This document shows, one piece after another, positions 19,003-28,103 of a DNA stretch of 64,000 bases. Source of the DNA: Acidobacteriota bacterium (lineage in GTDB: Bacteria; Acidobacteriota; UBA890; WLXD01). Below the pieces are notes generated by a model, which made no database searches, was not told the DNA's origin, and saw only the letters and a list, made by a program, of their open reading frames with translations. The stretch covers positions 96,001 through 160,000 of the forward strand of contig CAXWPL010000001.1 in the NCBI GenBank assembly GCA_963666215.2, written 5' to 3'. Each line of letters opens with the position of its first letter. The stretch's first letter is position 1. A program made the position numbers and the translations under genes.

Positions 19003-19647
19003 CTAGCTTGCGTCTACGTCGCCCATCTCGGAATACGTCTCGAGGAGAACGTTCGCGGACGTCTCCATCTCGAGCACGAACTTACCAACCTGGGTCGTGA
19101 AGTAGTTGAACGCCGCGAGCACCGGGATGGCGATGGCCAGGCCGGCGGCGGTCGTGATCAGCGCCTCCGAGATGCCCTTGGCAACCAGGCCAGGGTTCGA
19201 CAGACCGGCGCGCGCCAGAGCGTCGAACGAATTGATCATGCCGGTGACCGTCCCCAGGAAGCCGAGCAGCGGGGCGATGTTGGCAACCGAGGCCAGCACA
19301 CCGAGGCCACGCTCGAGTCGCGCCAGCTCGTGCGCCGACGCCGCTTCGATCGTGCGCTCGATCTCCTCTTGCGGCCGACCAAACTTGATCAGGCCAGCCT
19401 TCATGATGTTGGCGATCGGCCCCTGATACTCCTCGCAGACCGTCGTCGCTTCCTTGACGTTGCGGCGCTTCAGCAACGCGGTGCGAACGCGATCGAGGAA
19501 CTCCTGCGTGTTGATCTTCGCGCACCACAACGCGTAGGCCCTCTCCAGAATGAAGACCAGCCCAAGAAGCGACAGAAGAAGCAGCGCGTGCATAACCGGG
19601 CCGCCCTGTCGGTAAAGGGTGAAGAGGGTTCCGCTGGTAAAGCTCAC
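19003..19647 (-). CDS. exbB: MotA/TolQ/ExbB proton channel protein
   Basis: APLLGFLGTVTGMI and GISEALITTAAGLAIAIP. Confidence 0.93.
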   Translation of the reverse strand: MSFTSGTLFTLYRQGGPVMHALLLLSLLGLVFILERAYALWCAKINTQEFLDRVRTALLKRRNVKEATTVCEEYQGPIANIMKAGLIKFGRPQEEIERTIEAASAHELARLERGLGVLASVANIAPLLGFLGTVTGMINSFDALARAGLSNPGLVAKGISEALITTAAGLAIAIPVLAAFNYFTTQVGKFVLEMETSANVLLETYSEMGDVDAS

Positions 19648-19809
19648 GTCAGGATTCCTCCCGTTTGACCCCTACCGCGCCAGGCGCCGCAGTGGGTCGG
19701 ATTCGAGGCTGCGTCGCAATCTCGAGGGGAACTTGGATAGCCCCGAAGACGAGGTTTTGTGACCGTGGAAATCGAATGCCGCCAGGGCTTGCCGGCGGCA
19801 GGCCCGCAG

Positions 19810-19907
19810 TTTCTAGCACGTCGCGGAAAACGCTGTCAACAGGCGGCGCTTGCGGGGGCCGGACCAAGAGTGTGCTCATTATAGGTTCGCTCCCCCAACC
19901 CGGTCAA
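19810..19907 (-). promoter_or_regulatory. Two tandem sigma70-like promoters for the exbB operon
   Basis: TTGACC(19907-19902)-N18-TATAAT(19883-19878) and TTGACA(19839-19834)-N18-TAGAAA(19815-19810, preceded by TG). Confidence 0.55.
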
Positions 19908-19923
19908 TGGAGCGCACCCAAAG

Positions 19924-21222
19924 CTATTGCGCGAAATAGCCCGGCCGCGAGCGCAGCTTCAGATTGCCAGCCTCAGATTCGGCGGCGGCACGCACTTCGA
20001 TCTCGCGCCAGGCACCATCGCCGCCCACCGCCAGCGGTTCGTAGGTAAGCCGGTACTGCGCCCGCAGGTCGTCGGTAATCGAGGCAAACGTACGGTCCGC
20101 GTCGTCTCGCGGGTGCATGTAAATGAAGCGGCCACCAGTGGAATCGGCGAGCTTGCGCATCACCCAGCGTTCGAAGTGGAAACGCGGCGATAGATCGACT
20201 CCGATCAGGTAGAGGGCGATGTCGGCGCGCTGCGCGGCTTGGATCGTCTCTGCCAGGTCGTGCTCGGACCGCGAGTCGTGACCGTCGGTGAGGACAACCA
20301 ACGCTCGGCGTCCCTCGTGCCCCTCGAACTGCTCCGCGGCCGCAGCGATCGCGTCGTAGAGCCGTGTATAGCTGCCGCTCGAGATCAGCTCGAGCGAGTC
20401 GGAGAGCCGGCTTACGTCGTTGGTGAACTCCTGGAGCACAGAGGCGTGGTCGGCAAACGACATGACAAACGCCTTGTCTTGAGGCTGCTCCAGCAACCCG
20501 TCGATGAAGGCGCCTGCAGACTCGAGCGCGAACTCCATTCTCTCGACCATGCTGCCGCTGCAGTCAACCAAGAACCCGATCGCCACGGGTAGGCTCGCCA
20601 CCTGCTCCACGGCCACAATCGACTGCGGAACACCATCCTCCAACAGCTCGAAGTCATCACGCGAAAGCGCCAGCTCGCCACCGTCTCCCTCCACCCGGAC
20701 GTAGGTCTCGACCCGCTCCACGCGGCTGCGGTAGGCGGGCACAGCGGAGACGTCGGGGGGCAGGCCCACGACGATCGTGTGTTCGGCAACACGACCATCG
20801 GTGGCGTAGGCGCGGGCAGTGATGCGGTGCCGTTCCGTACCGCCCACAACCCAGATGAGCTCGTAGGGCGCCACTGCGTCGGAAAAAACAGGCTTACCGT
20901 CGATCACGAAGTCAACCGACGCAACGTCGGCGGCGGATCCGGCGGAAATCTCCGCGCTGATGGTCGTGCGCCCTGCGATCACATCGCCCGCCCGCGGCGA
21001 CACGAGCCTGACCTCGAGCTCGCGATCTTCGCCGGGCGACGCTGACTGACCTTCTGAGGCTTCGACAAGCGGCGAGGCGGCCAGAGCCAGGGCGGCCGTC
21101 AGGGCGATCGACAGCCCGGCGTAGCCGGCATTCCAGCGGTGCCCGCCTTCGAGGCCGGCCGCGTGAAGTAGCTTCTCTGCTCCGCAGCTGACCAAGCGCC
21201 ATCGACCTCCCTTCAACGCCAC
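19924..21222 (-). CDS. Secreted Ig-like + VWA domain protein (acidobacterial VWFA type)
   Basis: Signal/TM, Big-like domain, MIDAS DCSGS...T..LYDA...LTDG, C-terminal LRAQYRLTY and RSRPGYFA; start uncertain. Confidence 0.85.
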   Translation of the reverse strand: MALKGGRWRLVSCGAEKLLHAAGLEGGHRWNAGYAGLSIALTAALALAASPLVEASEGQSASPGEDRELEVRLVSPRAGDVIAGRTTISAEISAGSAADVASVDFVIDGKPVFSDAVAPYELIWVVGGTERHRITARAYATDGRVAEHTIVVGLPPDVSAVPAYRSRVERVETYVRVEGDGGELALSRDDFELLEDGVPQSIVAVEQVASLPVAIGFLVDCSGSMVERMEFALESAGAFIDGLLEQPQDKAFVMSFADHASVLQEFTNDVSRLSDSLELISSGSYTRLYDAIAAAAEQFEGHEGRRALVVLTDGHDSRSEHDLAETIQAAQRADIALYLIGVDLSPRFHFERWVMRKLADSTGGRFIYMHPRDDADRTFASITDDLRAQYRLTYEPLAVGGDGAWREIEVRAAAESEAGNLKLRSRPGYFAQ

Positions 21223-21277
21223 CTGAATGGCAGCGCGGCCCTATCCTACAGCGCCTCGCGCACGAAGTGGCTAGGAG

Positions 21278-22486
21278 CTAGGAGGACTTCAGCTGTCTCT
21301 GGCCGACGGCCTTCAGGATGCGGTCGGCCTCTTTCTTCCGGCCCTGTTGTCGATACACCTGGGCGAGGACATTTCGAGGCTCGTTGAAATCCGACTTCAA
21401 CGCCACGGCGCGCTGCAACACCGCGACGCAGCGATCGAGATCGCCCGACCGCAGGAACGCCAGACCCATGTGGTAGTAGAGAAAGGGGTTCCGCGGCTGC
21501 AGCTCCGCGGCGCGCTCGTACAGCTCGATCGCGCTCTCCAGATCACCGGCACGCAGCCTGAGGTTCGCGAGGTTGTGATAGGGAGCCGCCATCGAGGCCT
21601 TGGTGTCGATCGCGGCCGTGTACTGCTCCTCGGCTTGGTCGAGGCGGCCGAGCCGCGTGTAGGCCACTCCCAGGTTGTTGAGCGCCCTCGTGAAGTTCGG
21701 TCGCACCCAAGCCGCTAGCTCGAAGTTCTCGCTGACCAACGCCCACGGAATCTCGACACCATCCGTCTGGGCGGTATGGAGAACCTCGTAGCCCAAGTTG
21801 TTGTGGAAATGGGCCAACGCCTCCACATCGGAAATAAGGTTGAAGGTCCGAAAATCCGACAGGTCGCCATCGAAGTCGACCATGGACCAACCGCGCTCGG
21901 TCCGCACCGTGGCGGCGATATGACCGGAGTCGACGATGACATCCTGCTCGCGGCGCAAGTCGTTGATGCGGTCGGACGCGTCGACGTAGTAGGCCGTGAG
22001 GCCAATTCCTCGAGCCAGGCCAATGTACAGCGACGTCAGCGACAAGCAGTTGCCGTGGCCGCGCGCGACGGTGTCGATCGCGACGGTCGTCGATACCGGC
22101 TCGTATTCGAGGCCGAAACCCTTCTCGTCGGTGATAGCTCGTCGCAGAAACTGCGCCCTGTCGTACTCTGACGTCGCGAAAACGGTCAGGTCGTGAGCCC
22201 TCTGCAGCAGCTCCGGCGTGACCTGGTACGGAGCCTCGAAATCGCGCTTCTCGCCCGCCGGAATCCGCGTCAGAACATCGGCCCGCAGCTCGTGCGGCGA
22301 ATAGGTCAGCTTGCGCGCGGGCGGCCCGCAGGCCACGCCGACGAAAAGGAGAGCGCAGGCGAAAACCCTGCGCCGTCGATCCGGGCTCGGGCTCATGGGC
22401 TGGACTCGGGGAAGAGAAAGAGCGACAAGGGCTGCGCCTCGCCTTTCACCATAATCACCAGTTATAGCCACTGCCGCGGTATGCAC
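21278..22486 (-). CDS. Transglutaminase-like + TPR lipoprotein
   Basis: Lipobox VGVAC; candidate Cys-His-Asp triad GNCLS / GHI / VDF; C-terminal TPRs; true start probably MSPSPD. Confidence 0.75.
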   Translation of the reverse strand: MHTAAVAITGDYGERRGAALVALSLPRVQPMSPSPDRRRRVFACALLFVGVACGPPARKLTYSPHELRADVLTRIPAGEKRDFEAPYQVTPELLQRAHDLTVFATSEYDRAQFLRRAITDEKGFGLEYEPVSTTVAIDTVARGHGNCLSLTSLYIGLARGIGLTAYYVDASDRINDLRREQDVIVDSGHIAATVRTERGWSMVDFDGDLSDFRTFNLISDVEALAHFHNNLGYEVLHTAQTDGVEIPWALVSENFELAAWVRPNFTRALNNLGVAYTRLGRLDQAEEQYTAAIDTKASMAAPYHNLANLRLRAGDLESAIELYERAAELQPRNPFLYYHMGLAFLRSGDLDRCVAVLQRAVALKSDFNEPRNVLAQVYRQQGRKKEADRILKAVGQRQLKSS

Positions 22487-22546
22487 GCGGTGTTGTGGAC
22501 CGGTTGATCCGCTGGAGCCAGCGGTGCTATTGGCTCTATAATGCCT

Positions 22547-23536
22547 CTACTGGACCTCGCGCAGCGCGCCCAGCACCTGCTCGACCACCGCCGCCTCCTG
22601 GCTTCCCTCAGGGGCTTTGGTGAGATAGGCCTCGAAGGACTCGATCGCCTTGGCCATGTTCCCGGTGTTGATGTAGGCGTAGCCCTTCTGCTGGTACGCC
22701 GGTAGGTACTCCGGATCGATGGTCAGAGCCTGCTCGTAGTAATCGATCGCTTCCGCGGCGCGGCCTGTGTCGAAATAGATCTCGCCGATGTTGTAGAAGA
22801 CCGCCGGGTCGTCCGGCGTCGATTCGGTGGCTTTCTGGAAGTGCGGCAGCGCCAGGGCGACTTCGCCCTTTTCGATGAGCGTCTCCCCCAGGTTGATGAG
22901 AGCTTGCGGTTCCGCGGGGTCCTGAGCAAGCACCAGCTCGTACGAACGCACGGCTTCGTCGAGCTGACCCATGCGGCGGAAGGCGGTACCAATGCTGATT
23001 TGGATCTGGTAGACCGACGGATTCTCTCCGGCGAACTCCTGCCACTTGGCCAGAGCTCCGGCATAGTCATCAGCTGCGAACAGGGCATTGCCCTCGATGA
23101 AGGCCGCGGCGTTGGTGCTGTCGCCGCCAATTGAGCCCATATCACCGGTGGACGGCTCGAGCGTGACATTCATATCGGGCATCCTGCCGAGCGTGCGCGT
23201 AGAGACGCCCCGCTCCTGCGTGGTGTAGCCGTCCATCTCGAACGTGAAGGCCCAGGTCGAGCTGTTGAACCCGAGAAGCGACCAGCGCCCGCTTTCGCTG
23301 GTGGTTGTCTCCAGCGTGCTTGGAGTCATTTCCGGGTTGTATGCACTGACCTTGACGCCAACGATCGGAGTTCCCGACGGATCGGTTACTTTGCCCTGCA
23401 TCCGGCCGTTGCCGAGCTGAGCGTGCGCAGGCGAGACGAAAACGGCGGTCGTTATGGCGAAGGTCACTGCCGCGACCGCCACTATCCCAAGCAGCGTCCT
23501 GGCCGAGCTACCACTCGAGTCAAACCTCATCTGCAC
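22547..23536 (-). CDS. Carboxypeptidase-regulatory-like beta-sandwich + TPR protein
   Basis: Signal peptide ending AHA; GRMQGKVTDPSGTPIVGVKV; TPR array. Confidence 0.82.
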   Translation of the reverse strand: MQMRFDSSGSSARTLLGIVAVAAVTFAITTAVFVSPAHAQLGNGRMQGKVTDPSGTPIVGVKVSAYNPEMTPSTLETTTSESGRWSLLGFNSSTWAFTFEMDGYTTQERGVSTRTLGRMPDMNVTLEPSTGDMGSIGGDSTNAAAFIEGNALFAADDYAGALAKWQEFAGENPSVYQIQISIGTAFRRMGQLDEAVRSYELVLAQDPAEPQALINLGETLIEKGEVALALPHFQKATESTPDDPAVFYNIGEIYFDTGRAAEAIDYYEQALTIDPEYLPAYQQKGYAYINTGNMAKAIESFEAYLTKAPEGSQEAAVVEQVLGALREVQ

Positions 23537-23606
23537 CCCCTTTTTCGGAGACCGTCCGCGCCGGAAAGGACCCCGTCCTGTGTCACTGTCTGGAAGGAAC
23601 GACGGC

Positions 23607-25259
23607 TCAACTCGGTTCGTTCAATATGGCCGCTATCTTGAAGGGTACGTAGTGGACCATCTCGGCGCCAGCGACGAGGTCCTTCACTCGGATTTCGATT
23701 CGGTAGGTCCCCCCGGCGCGAAGCTTGGAAACTTGGCCGAGCGGAATCTGCTGTCCCACGGCGTGGATGCCAAGAGTCTGGGTCGGAAGTCGCGCCAAGC
23801 TCTCCTCGCCCTCTTCGCCTTCGAGAATCCGGTACTGAATCTCGAGCTTGGGTCGGCCAGGCACAGCTGGGTCGGGGCTCCAGCCCATCGCGATGAAGAC
23901 CAGCTCGACGGTATCCTTGCGATCGAACACCCGGTCGACATCGTCGGCCAGCAGGATGTTCCCGAGGCGCACGCCCTTGTACACGGCGCGTGTGCTCATG
24001 GCCTCGGCCTGCTGACGATGCGGCGGCACGGCCAGAAGCGCGCTCGTCAGTTTGAGGCCTGGAGCTGTGTAGTCCGGGATATCGATCACCTCATCCGAGG
24101 TGGCGGCCATCTCGCTGCTTTCGTCCAGAACGCCCCACGCCATCCGGTAGGTGCCCGGAGTCAAGGTCACGCCGAACGAGCGCGTCGCGGTTTCTGCATC
24201 GTCACCGTCCTCCTGCCCCACGGTGAACGGAATATCGAACTGGAAGACGGTCTCTTCGTTACCGGGCTCTCCCTGTAGGAGCGCGCCGAAGACCTTGAGC
24301 TGAGCCTGAGCGCCAGTGGCCGTCTCGGCGAAGGAGAGCCCTTCCTTGCCGAGCTCGAACGAAAAGGCGGTGAAGGTGCCGTCGGGGGCAACGAACGTCT
24401 GCACTCGTTGCTGCAGCGCGAAGTCGCTGCGCATCGTGCCGCCCTGGACCATCTGCATCCAGATCCGAACCTCTGGAGCAACGGCCGGGACGCCCCCAGG
24501 CGCGCCCATCATCGGCCGGATGCCAGCCGCGGTCGTCACAGCACCACCCGCTCCGCCGCCACCGCGGAGCATCATCTGCAGCTCACCCTGAATGCTCTCG
24601 TTGAAACGCTCGGCGGTCAGGTCCACCCGCGACCGTCGCGAGTAGGAGCTGCGCCCAACGGGAGAAAACCGAACCTGGCCCGCGATCGGCTCGTGCTCGT
24701 ATGTCCAAATGATGTCCGGACGACCGCCGCCACCAGGAGGAGCGCCGGCACCACCACCGCCACCACCGCCGGCACTATCGCCGCGTGCGCCGGTGTTGCC
24801 GCCCACCCGCCGAGTCTCCTGCTCGTTTGGCAAGCCGTAGACGATCAGCACCTTGCCCCGATCGGTAGCATAGCCTGGCATGCCCTGCTCGCGAGCCATG
24901 CGCATCGCCCGACCCGCCCTCCGCATGAAGATCATGCGGACCTCGTTCTCCTCGGTCCCCGGCGTCGGATCTCGTGTTCCCCAAAATGCTGCGATGAACT
25001 CCTCGCGGGGGGCGTCGGAGAGCAGTTCCTTCCACTCCTTCTTCTCGGCGTCGGTCATGATGACTTCTGTAAGCTCATGCCAGTCCTCGAGCTTCTCGGG
25101 GACGATGTCCTGTTCGCCTGGGGCCTGAGTGCCGCCTGGACGCTGCCCGCCCGGCCGCTGCAGCTCGATCAGGCCTGCAGCGAAACCCGTAGAAGGAACC
25201 AGCACGGCGACCGACAGGGCCGCGATGAGTGTGCACACGAGAGCTGTACGTATTCGCAT
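23607..25259 (-). CDS. GWxTD domain protein
   Basis: FWGTRDPTPGTEENE, PGYATDRGKVLIVYGLP; signal peptide from ATG 25259. Confidence 0.85.
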   Translation of the reverse strand: MRIRTALVCTLIAALSVAVLVPSTGFAAGLIELQRPGGQRPGGTQAPGEQDIVPEKLEDWHELTEVIMTDAEKKEWKELLSDAPREEFIAAFWGTRDPTPGTEENEVRMIFMRRAGRAMRMAREQGMPGYATDRGKVLIVYGLPNEQETRRVGGNTGARGDSAGGGGGGGAGAPPGGGGRPDIIWTYEHEPIAGQVRFSPVGRSSYSRRSRVDLTAERFNESIQGELQMMLRGGGGAGGAVTTAAGIRPMMGAPGGVPAVAPEVRIWMQMVQGGTMRSDFALQQRVQTFVAPDGTFTAFSFELGKEGLSFAETATGAQAQLKVFGALLQGEPGNEETVFQFDIPFTVGQEDGDDAETATRSFGVTLTPGTYRMAWGVLDESSEMAATSDEVIDIPDYTAPGLKLTSALLAVPPHRQQAEAMSTRAVYKGVRLGNILLADDVDRVFDRKDTVELVFIAMGWSPDPAVPGRPKLEIQYRILEGEEGEESLARLPTQTLGIHAVGQQIPLGQVSKLRAGGTYRIEIRVKDLVAGAEMVHYVPFKIAAILNEPS

Positions 25260-25757
25260 GGGGCGACCTCCGAGCTTCCGGCGTTGTCCAAGATTGGCGG
25301 ACACCGACCCGGCAATGCTCATTAGATAAGCTACGAGTGCGAAAGCGACATGGGCCGCGTTCTGCTGAGAGCCCCCGAGCTGCTGTTGGGCGGGAGGAGC
25401 TAGCGAACGCCTGGCCGGTTGAGAATCAGAGCTAAGTATAGTGATGAACCTGACCACGTTCCACCGACCTGGGGATCGGCGCGGGGTGATCCACTCCGGC
25501 AACGTCTTGGCAGCCTCCACGCCAGCGCTGCGGAACACCCAGGTTTCGTTGGTGAGGAACCGCCCTGTGCATACGCGAGAGGTTGTGGCCTTAGGACGAT
25601 CCGTCATCTGGCCGCAACGCCCAGCGGCGCTGCGGCTCCGCCGGCCGTAGACCTTCCATCGCAGTGCGCGAACGCAGACTGCGGTCACACTTAGCATGCG
25701 ACGCCGCAGCGAGATCGCCGCCCTACACGCATGCGATCAACTTCTTCCGCGCAGAAC

Positions 25758-26539
25758 GCACAGCAACGGCGCCAGCGGCGACAAGCACCTACCAGAGACC
25801 ATGGGCGCAGGTGCCGGGTGGATCGACTTCGACGGCGATGGACGGCTAGACCTGTATCTCGTCGACAGCGGCCGATTGCCGGCGACTGGATCCGCCGACT
25901 CCGAAGGTGCGGCGCAAGCAGCTCTTCGCAGCGCGAGGGATGCGGACCACCGAGAGGCTGGGGACGACGGCCGTAACCTGCTCTACCGAGGAGTCGGCGA
26001 GGGCGTGTTCACGAGCTCGGCGCGTGCCTCACCAGAAGAACATAGCCGCCTCGGGATCAGCTGGCCGCTCCGGTGGCTCGAACGTCTCTTCGATCTCGCC
26101 CGTGGCGACCTTCATGACGTGCGCAGCACAGGCCCCCGTCCCTGCTGGCCTCCACTGCCCCTGAGGTCCTTTCGGCATGGGAGCCTCTCCCTTGGTGGTG
26201 TGAATGTATGCTCAGTGTATATCACCAGAAGAACATCGACAGAGCGAGGAAGCGTCAACCTGAAATTAAACTGAGACACTACCGGGGATGGGTGCGGCAG
26301 GCAGCCACGGCTGCGGCCAGGTTTCAGGGCCCTGTGGCCCTTGACGATCGTCATCGCCGCAACGCCCACGCCGCCAGCCTCGCAGTCGCAGATCAACTTC
26401 ATCGACGCCAGCGAGATCGCCGGCATCGCCTTCAAGCACAGCAACGGCGCCAGCGGCGACAAGCACCTACCAGAGACCATGGGCGCAGGTGCCGGGTGGA
26501 TCGACTTCGACGGCGATGGACGGCTAGACCTGTATCTCG
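25758..26539 (+). repeat. Perfect 104-bp direct repeat (25758-25861 and 26436-26539) from the 5' part of the ASPIC gene
   Basis: GCACAGCAACGGCGCC...GACCTGTATCTCG occurs twice and encodes HSNGASGDKHLPETMGAGAGWIDFDGDGRLDLYL. Confidence 0.92.
26029..26283 (-). mobile_element. Remnant of an IS1-like element end carrying a frameshifted small MPKGPQGQ-type gene
   Basis: End motif GGTAGTGTCTCAGTTT (26283-26268); GGAGAGG RBS + ATG 26179 gives MPKGPQGQWRPAG, then in another frame ACAAHVMKVATGEIEETFEPP; family recognised from memory only. Confidence 0.55.
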
Positions 26540-28098
26540 CGACGGCGGCCGACGACGACGACGGCTACGGCATGGGTGTCACGGCTGCCGACTACGACAA
26601 CGACGGGTGGCTCGACCTCTACGTCACGAACTTCGGGCCCAATGTGCTCCTGCGCAACAACGGCGACGGCAGTTTCAGTCGTGTCGAGAACGCAGCCACC
26701 GGCGACAATCGGTGGTCGGCGAGCGCCGTGTGGAGCGACCTCGACGCCGACGGCTGGCTCGACCTCTACGTGACGAACTACATCGCATACGACATCGCCA
26801 ACGCGCGGTACTGTGAGGAGCCGCTTCGCGATACACGCTCCTACTGCCACATCGACCTCTTCGACGGAGTCGCTGACCAACTGTTTCACAACAACGGAGA
26901 TAGCGACTTCGAAGATGTGTCAGCCGCGGCTGGCGTGGTGAACGCGGCCGAGGGCAAGGGGTTGGGTGTTGTCACCGGCGATCTCAACGACGACGGCCGC
27001 ATTGACATGTACGTGGCCAACGACACGGCGCAGAACTTCCTCTACGTCCACACGGCCGTGGCGAGACCCCGGAATCAAGCGGGTGGCGAAAGCGACCCTG
27101 ACGGATCGCACGCTCTCGGTTTCGAAGACATCGGACTCTTCTCGGGAACCGGCTACAGCGAGGACGGCAAAGCGCAGGCGGGAATGGGCACCAACGCGGC
27201 CGACCTCGATGGCGACGGCAGTCTGGGGATTCTGGTGACGAACTTCGCGTTCGAACCGAACAATCTGTTTCGCCGTATCGCGCCGGGCGCCTACGTTGAC
27301 GACACCTACGCCCTCGGGCTCGGCGAGGCCTCCTTGCCGACGCTCGGGTTTGGCATCACCGCGGCTGATTTCGACGGTGACGGTGACACCGACGTGGCGG
27401 TCGCCAATGGCCACATCCTCGACAACGTCGCGGAGCTCAAGGACAACGCGACCTATGCGCAGAGCAATCATCTGTTCACGAACCAGCTCACAGATCTGCG
27501 CCGCGCGGCACTGCGGGAGGGCCAAACGATCGCGCCCGCGGCGTTGTCTCGCGGATTTTCAACCGCCAGCGCGGCATGGCGACCGACGCGCGAGCTGCTC
27601 GTTGAAACGGGAGCCGATGCCGGCCCCGGCTTCGCGCTGTCGGAAGTCTCGCGCGGCCTGGCCGCTGGAGATGCCGATGGCGACGGCGACCCCGACCTCG
27701 TCGTCACGAACTCGGCGGGCCGTGCGCGCTACCTACGCAACGACTCGACCTCGGCGCAGCCGCCGAACCAGCGCGCGGTGCTGCGGCTGCGTGGCCGTGG
27801 CAGCAGTCGCGATGCGCTCGGCGCGGTGGTGATCGTCACACCGCTCGGAGGCGACCCCGATAGCGACGGCGCCGCAGGCTTCGGCCAGCGACGCGACGTC
27901 CGCAGTGCCTCGTCCTACTGCTCGCAAGATTCGATGGATCTGTACATCGGTCTGGGCAAATCCCGCCGGGCGCGCGTTGAGATCCGTTGGCTCGATGGAA
28001 GGGTCGAGACGATCAACGCGATCAACGCTGGGCAACTGACGCTCATTGTCGAAGGCCGCGGCGCCATCGCGACAGCCGCGCTGCGCCCGTCCTCTTGA
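26341..28098 (+). CDS. CRTAC1/ASPIC-UnbV (FG-GAP beta-propeller) protein, 5' region damaged
   Basis: Repeated DxDxDGxxDLYV motifs; C-terminal ASPIC domain (RDALGAVV, SSYCSQ, GLG, EIRW). Confidence 0.88.
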   Translation: MTIVIAATPTPPASQSQINFIDASEIAGIAFKHSNGASGDKHLPETMGAGAGWIDFDGDGRLDLYLATAADDDDGYGMGVTAADYDNDGWLDLYVTNFGPNVLLRNNGDGSFSRVENAATGDNRWSASAVWSDLDADGWLDLYVTNYIAYDIANARYCEEPLRDTRSYCHIDLFDGVADQLFHNNGDSDFEDVSAAAGVVNAAEGKGLGVVTGDLNDDGRIDMYVANDTAQNFLYVHTAVARPRNQAGGESDPDGSHALGFEDIGLFSGTGYSEDGKAQAGMGTNAADLDGDGSLGILVTNFAFEPNNLFRRIAPGAYVDDTYALGLGEASLPTLGFGITAADFDGDGDTDVAVANGHILDNVAELKDNATYAQSNHLFTNQLTDLRRAALREGQTIAPAALSRGFSTASAAWRPTRELLVETGADAGPGFALSEVSRGLAAGDADGDGDPDLVVTNSAGRARYLRNDSTSAQPPNQRAVLRLRGRGSSRDALGAVVIVTPLGGDPDSDGAAGFGQRRDVRSASSYCSQDSMDLYIGLGKSRRARVEIRWLDGRVETINAINAGQLTLIVEGRGAIATAALRPSS

Positions 28099-28103
28099 CG
28101 CGC

